This document shows, one piece after another, positions 1 through 7,831 of a stretch of DNA of 30,018 nt. The translations under genes were made by a program, and so were the position numbers. A model generated the notes under the pieces. The model saw only the letters and a list, made by a program, of their open reading frames with translations. It did no database searches and had not been told where the DNA came from. Positions within the stretch are counted from its first letter, which is position 1, and every line of letters begins with the position of its first letter. The DNA is from Helicobacteraceae bacterium. GTDB lineage: Bacteria; Campylobacterota; Campylobacteria; Campylobacterales; Sulfurimonadaceae. Location: positions 1 through 30,018 of the forward strand of contig JALUJE010000106.1 in NCBI GenBank assembly GCA_027057185.1. Reading direction: 5' to 3'.

Positions 1-2
1 AG

Positions 3-395
3 GTTAAAAAAGCGGTTGATGATATTTTGAAACATGGAGACAAGTCGCAGTATGCTGTTATCGATACGCGTGCTATGAGTGAGATCATCGGCGAACGTAA
101 AATGGACAATTGTGCACGAAGCGGGCATATTCCAGGAGCAACGTTTATTGAATGGAATAAAATCTCAGATACACAAAATAAAAAGTCATTTAAGTCAGCA
201 GATGAGATGCAAAAAGTTTTTGATCATTACGGTGTTAGCAAAGATAAAACCATTTATGCTTACTGTATGGTCGGTACCGGGCGAAGTTCAGAAATTGTCA
301 CGGCATTGCGACTGCTTGGCTACAAGGATGTTAAAGTCTTTACCGGTAGCTGGGATGTCTGGGGTAACGACATGAACTTACCATTGAAACGATAA
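3..395 (+). CDS. Rhodanese/sulfurtransferase, C-terminal part (5' truncated by window edge)
   Basis: The frame is open from base 3 (VKKAVDDILKHG...). Motifs are IDTR..E..G, GHIPGA, active-site loop YCMVGTGRSS (Cys at 264-266) and C-terminal FTGSWDVW. It lies 17 bp upstream of the Mo-enzyme gene. Confidence 0.9.
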   Translation, partial: VKKAVDDILKHGDKSQYAVIDTRAMSEIIGERKMDNCARSGHIPGATFIEWNKISDTQNKKSFKSADEMQKVFDHYGVSKDKTIYAYCMVGTGRSSEIVTALRLLGYKDVKVFTGSWDVWGNDMNLPLKR

Positions 396-412
396 GCAAA
401 AGGGTATAAACT

Positions 413-3313
413 ATGACAAAAGTTATGAATAATAAGCGTAGAAATTTTCTGAAGATATCGGGAATGACCGCTGCACTGGTGGCATCACAGGGAAGCCTTT
501 TTGCTAAGACGCAGGTTATGTCAGTTGAAAACGGCAAAGACGATTATCCAAATACCAACTATACGGAAACGATGTATCGTAATGAATTTGCATTTACGTA
601 TGGAAAGAAAGAAGAACACGGATTTGCTTACCACTGCGTAAACTGCCAAGGAAACTGTGCCTGGGAAGTCTGGTCACATAACGGGGTGATTACCCGCGAG
701 AATCAGTCGGCGCGTTATCCGGTTATTAATGCGAAAATTCCCGATTTTAATCCTCGTGGATGTAACAAAGGGGTACAACATTCGCAGGTGATGTATCAAA
801 AAGACCGAATTCTTTATCCGATGGTGCGTGTCGGAGAACGTGGTGAAGGGAAGTGGCGCCGTGCTAGCTGGGACGAGGCTGCCGAGATTGTTTGTCAAAA
901 TATTTTTGATACCTTAAGTGATCCGGAACGAGGCCCTGATAAGCTCATGGTGCATGCCGGAACCGGACTGTTGACAGAAGGTCGTCGTGGTGCGCCATTG
1001 CGATTCTCCACACAGTTGGGAGCAAACCGTATTTATCCTTCTTCATATTTGGGTGATATGTTCTCCGGAGCTGCTATTGCTTATGGTGAAGGAAACCTAG
1101 GATGTACTTGGGACTTCATGTATACGGTCGATACGGCAGTGATGTGGGGCGGCAACCCGTCGGTATCGCGGATTCCTGATGCCCATTTTGTTTGGGAAGG
1201 CAAATATAACGGTGCCAAAATCATTGTGATTACACCGGAGTTTAATGCGACAGCAAAATCAGCAGATCTTTGGATTCCGATTAAAGCGGGTTCTGATAAT
1301 ATTTTAGCCATGAGTGTCATTCAGGTGATTCTTGAGGAGAAGCTTTACAAACCGGAATTTATGAAAGTCTATACGGATCTCTCCTTTTTGGTTGACACCA
1401 AGACGCAAAAAATGATTCGCCGTAATGATATGGAGCATACGGAAAATAAAGAAGATCACCATAAGTGGGATGAACAGTTTTACTGCATGAATGCGATGGA
1501 CAATACCCCATATTTAATGCCTGGAACCGAAGGCCATGACAAACGTACTCTACGACTTCCCGATAATGTCAAACCGGCACTGGAAGGAAGATGGACTATT
1601 ACAGATGTACATGGGCAGAAGCGAGAGGTGACAACGGTATTTGAACTGTTGAAACACTCTGCAACACAATTTTCACCGGAAAAAACAGAAAAAATAACGG
1701 GAGTTCACCCCGATACCGTGCGGCTGCTTGCACGAGACATTGCTATTCCCAAGGTCGTTGAAATCACTACCGGATTCTCTTTGAACAAATATTTTAATGG
1801 TATGATGACTATCTGGAATGTGGCATCTATCTGTGGACTTACCGGCCGGATGGGTCCTTATGGCGGTCTCAATACGGAAAATGAGTTTCAGCTTTCGGGT
1901 CTGGGAGCACTTTCAGGATTTAGCGGTAAGTATGCACCGCGTTTTGGTTCAGGATTTGTCGGCGAGTTTATGAACGGTAACGGCATGAAAACTTTTAAGC
2001 AGTATTTTAACGATGAAGATGTGCGGCGGGCGCAAAACGGCATGAGCAAAGAGGAGTATATTACGGTACTCGAAGAGATGCTTGCTGCAGGGGAGAATGG
2101 CAAAGCCAATATGGAGTCCGAGCATGGTAATGTGGTCAAACCGTGGTGGCTACCGACGACAGCACTTATTGTAGCAGACTCGACATTCCGCCGAAATAAG
2201 GCCAGTGAATATCGGAATGCTTTTTTGAAACGCATGGACTTTTGGGCGTATGTCGATTACCGCATGAGTGAAGCGGCACAATATGCCGATGTCCTGTTAC
2301 CGGCGAAATCGCATTATGAGGTGTATGATTTGCGTACTTCGCCCGGGTATCACCGATTTACAAATCTGGCACAGCCAGTAGCCAATATTAAAAATGTCGG
2401 TGAAGCCAAAGACGAGTGGAGCATGTTTACATTTCTCGCCAAAAAACTTGAAGAGATTGCAAATCGTCCGGAAAATATTGCCAAAGCCAAAATTAAAGAC
2501 GACAAACGGTATGCTCGTCCGGGATACCATGATCTTACGATTTTTCATAAAGAGTATACCAATACCGACGAAGAATCTGAAGGGGAAGGTGAGGTATATC
2601 TTGGTACCGATAAAATGGCGGTACAAGCAGCATTGGAAAAATGTGCACAATATGAGCCGTGGACCATGGAGAAGATGTATAAAGTCGGAGGTTTTTTGCT
2701 TATTAACGATAAAGCGGCACAAACATCACCGCTCTACTCGGACAAACCCTATAACTCTAATGAGTTTCATCTCTATAAATTTGAACCGATGCACACGATT
2801 TCGGGTCGCCAGACATTTTATGTTGATCACGATATGTTTATTCGTATGGGTGCAGCAACCAATACGGGAATGGAGGGAATTCGCCCACAACGCAAAGAGT
2901 ACCCGTATGTCCTGATGACGCCGCATGCAAGATGGTCAATTCACTCGAACTATAAAACATCACGAACCCTGCTTCGCTTGCAGCGAGGTGTACCGGCTGT
3001 GGCACTTAACCGCGTTGTAGCAGAGAAGAAAGGGATTAAAGACGGCGATACCATTCGTGTCTATAACAGTCTTGGAGAGTTCTATGCCATGGCAAAACTC
3101 TCCTCCTCGTCACCGGCGGACGGTCTGGTGATGGAGCATGGGTGGGAACCGTACATGTATAAATTCAACAAAGGGCACAATGAGGTGGTACCTACGTCAT
3201 TGAACCTGTTAGAAATGGCAGATGGATGGGGGCACCTCAAGTTTGGTGGTCTTTGGGACGGTAACCAGTACGCATACGATGGCGCTGTCAATTATGAAAA
3301 AGCAAACGTTTAA
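413..3313 (+). CDS. Mo-bisPGD oxidoreductase catalytic (alpha) subunit, type II DMSO reductase family, SerA/ClrA/DdhA-like; TAT-exported; substrate unknown
   Basis: Twin-arginine signal KRRNFLK. FS0 motif HCVNCQGNC...NPRGCNKG (His at 632). Putative Asp Mo ligand in LGDMFSG (D215). Also RIPDAHF, ADVLLPAKSHYE, TPHARWSIHS and GWGHL motifs. Confidence 0.93.
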   Translation: MTKVMNNKRRNFLKISGMTAALVASQGSLFAKTQVMSVENGKDDYPNTNYTETMYRNEFAFTYGKKEEHGFAYHCVNCQGNCAWEVWSHNGVITRENQSARYPVINAKIPDFNPRGCNKGVQHSQVMYQKDRILYPMVRVGERGEGKWRRASWDEAAEIVCQNIFDTLSDPERGPDKLMVHAGTGLLTEGRRGAPLRFSTQLGANRIYPSSYLGDMFSGAAIAYGEGNLGCTWDFMYTVDTAVMWGGNPSVSRIPDAHFVWEGKYNGAKIIVITPEFNATAKSADLWIPIKAGSDNILAMSVIQVILEEKLYKPEFMKVYTDLSFLVDTKTQKMIRRNDMEHTENKEDHHKWDEQFYCMNAMDNTPYLMPGTEGHDKRTLRLPDNVKPALEGRWTITDVHGQKREVTTVFELLKHSATQFSPEKTEKITGVHPDTVRLLARDIAIPKVVEITTGFSLNKYFNGMMTIWNVASICGLTGRMGPYGGLNTENEFQLSGLGALSGFSGKYAPRFGSGFVGEFMNGNGMKTFKQYFNDEDVRRAQNGMSKEEYITVLEEMLAAGENGKANMESEHGNVVKPWWLPTTALIVADSTFRRNKASEYRNAFLKRMDFWAYVDYRMSEAAQYADVLLPAKSHYEVYDLRTSPGYHRFTNLAQPVANIKNVGEAKDEWSMFTFLAKKLEEIANRPENIAKAKIKDDKRYARPGYHDLTIFHKEYTNTDEESEGEGEVYLGTDKMAVQAALEKCAQYEPWTMEKMYKVGGFLLINDKAAQTSPLYSDKPYNSNEFHLYKFEPMHTISGRQTFYVDHDMFIRMGAATNTGMEGIRPQRKEYPYVLMTPHARWSIHSNYKTSRTLLRLQRGVPAVALNRVVAEKKGIKDGDTIRVYNSLGEFYAMAKLSSSSPADGLVMEHGWEPYMYKFNKGHNEVVPTSLNLLEMADGWGHLKFGGLWDGNQYAYDGAVNYEKANV

Positions 3314-3322
3314 GGAGTTTAG

Positions 3323-4450
3323 ATGTCTAAAAGACAATTAGCAATGGTAATGGACCTGAACAAATGTATCGGGTGTCAGACATGTACCGTAGCATGTAAG
3401 ACTCAGTGGACCAACCGTAACGGCCGTGAGTATATGTATTGGAATAATGTTGAGACTTATCCGGGGACGGGGTATCCCAAAAACTGGATGGATCTAGGAG
3501 GCGGCTTTGATGCCGCGGGCGATCTTCAGCCCGGTGTCATTCCCAATTTAGAAGCCGATTACGGTGTGCCGTGGGATTACAACTATGATGCGCTTGCCGG
3601 AGGTGCCAGTTTCGAGCCAAATGTTGAACCAACGTGGGGACCTAATTGGGATGAAGACGAGGGAGACGGGGTATTTCCACAGGACAATTACTTCTTCTAC
3701 CTGCCACGTATCTGCAACCACTGTACGAATCCGGGATGCCTGAGTGCGTGTCCCCGTGATGCTATCTTTAAACGAGAAGAAGATGGCGTGGTGCTGGTAG
3801 ATCTTGACCGGTGTCAGGGATATCGTTACTGTATTGCAGGGTGCCCATACAAAAAAATCTATTTTAACCCAAAAATTTCCAAGTCAGAAAAATGTATTTT
3901 GTGTTTTCCCCGAGTAGAGCAGGGGCTTCCGCCGGCATGTGCACAGCAGTGTGTCGGACGTATCCGTTTTGTCGGCTTTTTAGATGATGAGGAGTCGCAG
4001 GTATACAAACTGGTACATAAGTATAAAGTGGCACTGGGCTTGCGCAGTGATTATGGTACGCAGCCGAATGTCTATTATGTGCCGCCGACTGAATCGCCGG
4101 TAAAATTTGATGCTGAGGGGAAAATTATTGAAGGCTCAGACCGCATTCCGGTAGAAGAGCTTGAGAAACTATTTGGTCCAGAAGTGCATGATGCCATTAA
4201 AACGCTGAAATCAGAAATGAAAAAGCGTAAAGAGACGGGTGAGAGTGAATTGATGGATCTGTTAATTGCCTATCAGCACGCTGATATGTTCCGTCTGGAC
4301 AATACGTACTATCAGAAAGTTGCCAAAGAGAAGGGTCTCAATCCGTTGGCTCCGGTGGATACTCGCTATATTGCAGGAAAGTACACCAAGACAGGGCACA
4401 GTATCAATTTTACGCACGGTGCTGGATCTACAGCAGGAGGGCATCACTAA
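3323..4450 (+). CDS. Fe-S beta subunit (NarH/SerB/ClrB-like; three 4Fe-4S plus one 3Fe-4S)
   Basis: MVMDLNKCIGCQTCTVACK, CNHCTNPGCLSACP, CQGYRYCIAGCPY, CILCFPR...CAQQCVGRIR. No signal peptide. SD GGAG upstream. Confidence 0.95.
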   Translation: MSKRQLAMVMDLNKCIGCQTCTVACKTQWTNRNGREYMYWNNVETYPGTGYPKNWMDLGGGFDAAGDLQPGVIPNLEADYGVPWDYNYDALAGGASFEPNVEPTWGPNWDEDEGDGVFPQDNYFFYLPRICNHCTNPGCLSACPRDAIFKREEDGVVLVDLDRCQGYRYCIAGCPYKKIYFNPKISKSEKCILCFPRVEQGLPPACAQQCVGRIRFVGFLDDEESQVYKLVHKYKVALGLRSDYGTQPNVYYVPPTESPVKFDAEGKIIEGSDRIPVEELEKLFGPEVHDAIKTLKSEMKKRKETGESELMDLLIAYQHADMFRLDNTYYQKVAKEKGLNPLAPVDTRYIAGKYTKTGHSINFTHGAGSTAGGHH

Positions 4451-5661
4451 TGAAAACCATAGTAACAACACTGTTAGTATCTGCACTGGCGAGCAGCACA
4501 CTTTTTGGTGCAAATGCGACCATCAATGCACTAAAAGTAGCGGATGACTTAAGTACCATTTCTTATGCGTCGGCGCTTTGGAACAAAGCGACCTTTGCTC
4601 CTGTCGTACTGTACCCGCAGACGACTATTCGCATGAACGACAAAACAGCCAACGAACTCAATGCTGACAATCCCGCTAAAAAAGCCATGGTGGCCGCAGT
4701 CTACAACGATCACAGTATTGCTTTTATGATACGATGGCCTGATGCGACTATTAATGTGCAAAAAGGGGAGCGTACTACAAGTTATGCCGATGGATTTGCC
4801 GTACAGTTTGCGAGTCATTTTAGTGATCCAAATGCCTTGCCATACATTGGTATGGGATCAGAAGGACGACCGGTAGTGGTGTATCTGCAAAAAGTGGCAA
4901 AAGATATTTATGAGCCTAACGGTAACGGTGACGTGGCGCTTCAGGTCAATCGTAATCAGACGGATCTTTTTGGAAAGGCACTTCAAGCATTTGATGATGA
5001 AGTTGCATCGTTAGGAAACAGTGACTATGAACGATCGTTCATCAGTGAGGGGTTTCGTTCGATGACAGAGATTAAAGACGGTAGCAACAATTCTAATGCT
5101 CGGATTCGTTATATGAAGCGAAATAAGGGCTGGGAAGGTACCCTGACCCGTGCGCTTAGAGATGAGTATGTTAATCTGGATGCTCCTGTGATTCCTGTTG
5201 CATTTGCTGTTTGGGATGGTGAAAAAATGGGACGAGACGGTTTAAAACATCTCTCAGCCTGGGTCGCGGTAACGCTTCAGGGAAAATCTGGCGGCGAGGC
5301 ACTGATTCATGCTCTTGAGGGTACTTTGGTCGGTGATCCAAAAGCGGGTGAGCGTGCCATTGCTGCAAACGGTTGTGTCGGCTGTCATCAGATAACGTCT
5401 AAGGATGCGCCGAACCTGATGGGACCTTCTTTGGTCAACATTGGCGGATATTCGACGGCAGGATATTTAAAAGAGTCTTTACTCAAGCCATCGGCAGTAA
5501 TTGTTCCGGGATATAATCGTAACGCACATCCTGCGTATCCGTGGTATACTTTAAATAATGGTAAGCGGGTATCGAGTATGACGGATTTTTCATGGCTGGA
5601 TGAGAAAACTCAAAATGATATCGTCGCCTACCTGCAGACGCTTAAAGCGGAGGTGAAATAA
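4450..5661 (+). CDS. Gamma subunit: EbdC/SerC-like heme-b (DOMON-like) domain fused to a C-terminal monoheme cytochrome c
   Basis: Sec signal. DGFAVQF, PYIGMG (Met ligand candidate) and AFAVWDG...RDGLK (Lys ligand candidate), followed by CVGCH at 5374-5388, GPSL, ESLLKP and a distal SM Met. Start overlaps the beta stop (TAATG). Confidence 0.85.
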   Translation: MKTIVTTLLVSALASSTLFGANATINALKVADDLSTISYASALWNKATFAPVVLYPQTTIRMNDKTANELNADNPAKKAMVAAVYNDHSIAFMIRWPDATINVQKGERTTSYADGFAVQFASHFSDPNALPYIGMGSEGRPVVVYLQKVAKDIYEPNGNGDVALQVNRNQTDLFGKALQAFDDEVASLGNSDYERSFISEGFRSMTEIKDGSNNSNARIRYMKRNKGWEGTLTRALRDEYVNLDAPVIPVAFAVWDGEKMGRDGLKHLSAWVAVTLQGKSGGEALIHALEGTLVGDPKAGERAIAANGCVGCHQITSKDAPNLMGPSLVNIGGYSTAGYLKESLLKPSAVIVPGYNRNAHPAYPWYTLNNGKRVSSMTDFSWLDEKTQNDIVAYLQTLKAEVK

Positions 5662-6062
5662 TGAAACGTATCGCAATGACGGTTCTGGCATTGAGTTTAA
5701 GCCTGTTAGCCGATGAGGGTGCTTTTGAAAAAGAGGGCTTTTTAACGACACAGGCCTGTGCGGAGCAGGGTACATTCAAAGATTGCTACATGGAAAATTT
5801 TGTCTGTGGCGGTGATGGATGTTTTCAAACAACTGAGGCAGGAGTCGATAAAAAGACTCCGCTGGTACTCTATTCTCATGATGATGGTATCATTTATAAA
5901 CTCGATACCTCTAACGTACCGCGCGAGGCATTCGATATTGGTATCAGCCGTAACGGCGTGGCGGTTACAGGGGAGTATGACAGTAGTAGTAACACCATTG
6001 TCGTGCACGAATTTAAGGCACCGCCACCACCGAAAAAATCCTTTTTTAAAGGGTGCCTCTAG
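5661..6062 (+). CDS. Small exported Cys-rich protein of unknown function, coupled to the molybdoenzyme operon
   Basis: Sec-type signal, four N-terminal Cys, PPPP linker and C-terminal KGCL-stop. Start overlaps the gamma stop (TAATG). Confidence 0.8.
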   Translation: MKRIAMTVLALSLSLLADEGAFEKEGFLTTQACAEQGTFKDCYMENFVCGGDGCFQTTEAGVDKKTPLVLYSHDDGIIYKLDTSNVPREAFDIGISRNGVAVTGEYDSSSNTIVVHEFKAPPPPKKSFFKGCL

Positions 6063-6063
6063 T

Positions 6064-6083
6064 TTCAAAGCAAGTGCTTTGAA
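6064..6083 (+). other. Intra-operon hairpin (possible mRNA stability or attenuation element)
   Basis: TTCAAAGC-AAGT-GCTTTGAA, an 8-bp perfect stem directly after the stop. There is no U-tract, so it is not a classical terminator. Confidence 0.4.
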
Positions 6084-6171
6084 GCGGTACTGCCATAATT
6101 TACATGTAATTTTGTAGGTGCCTTTAAGTGCCGATATGTTACAAGTCTTCAGAAATAATTTAGGATAGTTG

Positions 6172-6741
6172 ATGAACAAAGAGTACCGACTCTATATCTA
6201 TGCCTTTTTATCACGGGTGATGAGTGATATGCCCGATCGACGGTTTATTGCCGATCTCAAAGTCAATGATGCGCTATTAGATGTTCTGGGAGAATCAAGT
6301 AAAAGATGGCTATTGCAACACGATAACGACACTATTTTTGAAGCATTAAATGCGGACTTTACTTCAATGTTTATTCTCAATACCCAGCCTGTGGAGGCTT
6401 TTGTGCTCGATGCCAAGAACGAGACGCTGGTTGGACTGCAAAATCCGGTGATGGCATTCTATTTTCAACATGGATTTGAATTGAATATGGAGCAGACCGA
6501 ACTGATGGCACCTGATCATCTCTCCATAGAGTTTGGTTTTATGCAATCGCTCATCTACAGGGATGAGCTTCAGTCGCAGTATGATTTTATGAAGATTCAC
6601 TTGATGATGTGGGTTATTCCTTATATGCTAGGAATGCAGCATATGGCTCAAACCCCGTTTTATCGGGATATTTGTGATTTTATTGTGGAGTTTTTAGTGG
6701 CAGACTATGCGTACTTGAATGCGGAATGTAATCATGCGTAA
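6172..6741 (+). CDS. TorD/DmsD-family molybdoenzyme maturation chaperone
   Basis: YRLYIYAFLSR, PVEAFVLD and APDHLSIEFGFM (DHxxxE motif). ATG at 6172 is chosen over TTG 6169 because of the SD AGGA. Confidence 0.9.
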   Translation: MNKEYRLYIYAFLSRVMSDMPDRRFIADLKVNDALLDVLGESSKRWLLQHDNDTIFEALNADFTSMFILNTQPVEAFVLDAKNETLVGLQNPVMAFYFQHGFELNMEQTELMAPDHLSIEFGFMQSLIYRDELQSQYDFMKIHLMMWVIPYMLGMQHMAQTPFYRDICDFIVEFLVADYAYLNAECNHA

Positions 6742-7828
6742 CGGTGATTTTGTACAGAACAAAGCACTGTTTAGTTTTAATGCGGCAGAGTGTTTGCGTA
6801 ATGCTTATTTTCACAATACATGTACGCTTTGTATTGATCTGTGTCCCAAAGATGCTTTGCTTCTGGTGCGTAATAAATTAACCCTGATGGGAACAGAGTG
6901 TATCGAGTGTGCTGCTTGTATTGGAAGTTGCCCTACAGAAGCCCTTGATATAGAGAGTTTTGATCCTAATGCCTTTACGATGACCTTTCAAGAGCAGGAG
7001 AACAAGATATTGTCTTGCCAAAGCAATACGCCGTGTCTTGGGGTGTTTGATACGCCTCACTATATTACTATGGCACTACAAAGTGACGTGGCTCCCCGAT
7101 GTGATCTTTCGCATTGTGAAGGATGTCGTCTTAATGATGGGCGCACCGTCGAGCAGGCCATTCGTCACAAGATCGTGCAGAGTAATGACTTTTTGGAGCA
7201 TGTCGGCATGGAAGCGCGAAGCATTACGATAAAAGAAACATCTGATGATGAAGCCGATAGTGCCCGTAGAGCACTTTTTCGAACGGCATGGAATACTGTG
7301 CATGAAGTTATCCGTGATAATGAAGAACAGGAGCCTGCGATAATGACACGTACTCTTGCAGGTGGCAAGACGGCACTACCACTAAAATATACCCTGCTAA
7401 AAAACTCGATTAAAGAGCATATTGGACAGTTCAGCACTACTCATTTAGAAGGAGTTCATCCACTGTTTTTCAATAAACGTATTGATTTTGAAGCCTGTAC
7501 CAACTGTGGGGACTGTATCCAGTTCTGTCCGACGGAGGCTCTGTTTGCGACGTCGGACAGACAGGGTATCATCTTTAAATCAGGAATGTGCATTGGGTGT
7601 GGTATTTGTGACGATATCTGTAAGAGCAGTGCCATTGGCACGGAAATGGGTTTAGATCTGGTCGCCGTTGCTTTTGATAGAGCGGAAGAGCTGGTACATT
7701 ACGAGATGGTAATGTGTCATGAGTGTCGCTGTCCTTATCCCTATAAAGGAGGCGACCCTCTTTGTGAGCGCTGTAAAACATTTCATGATAATTTTGAAAC
7801 CATGTTTATCTTAGCTAAAGATCAGTAA
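6734..7828 (+). CDS. Polyferredoxin (multiple 4Fe-4S dicluster domains plus extra Cys clusters)
   Basis: CTLCIDLCP, CIECAACIGSCP, CTNCGDCIQFCP, CIGCGICDDIC, plus CDLSHCEGC and CHECRC...CERC. ATG 6734 overlaps the chaperone stop. Confidence 0.85.
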   Translation: MRNGDFVQNKALFSFNAAECLRNAYFHNTCTLCIDLCPKDALLLVRNKLTLMGTECIECAACIGSCPTEALDIESFDPNAFTMTFQEQENKILSCQSNTPCLGVFDTPHYITMALQSDVAPRCDLSHCEGCRLNDGRTVEQAIRHKIVQSNDFLEHVGMEARSITIKETSDDEADSARRALFRTAWNTVHEVIRDNEEQEPAIMTRTLAGGKTALPLKYTLLKNSIKEHIGQFSTTHLEGVHPLFFNKRIDFEACTNCGDCIQFCPTEALFATSDRQGIIFKSGMCIGCGICDDICKSSAIGTEMGLDLVAVAFDRAEELVHYEMVMCHECRCPYPYKGGDPLCERCKTFHDNFETMFILAKDQ

Positions 7829-7831
7829 AAC

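Noticed and set aside
413-3313. Naming the enzyme narG, serA, clrA or pcrA
   Set aside because: The TAT signal and soluble gamma subunit exclude canonical NarGHI. The active-site segment differs from the characterised enzymes, no cld gene is in the window, and the substrate cannot be read from sequence.
6060-6098. UAG followed by a hairpin as a recoding signal (Pyl/Sec) extending the Cys-rich protein
   Set aside because: Sec uses UGA, no pyl genes are visible, and readthrough would add only about 11 unremarkable residues.
6100-6109. Palindrome TTACATGTAA as an operator
   Set aside because: The same 10-mer also occurs inside coding regions (about 12253, 12899, 18497) and before leuC, so it is probably compositional.
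6130-6137. GCCGATAT as a sigma28 -10 upstream of the chaperone
   Set aside because: There is no TAAA at the 15-bp spacing, and the gene has no motility link.
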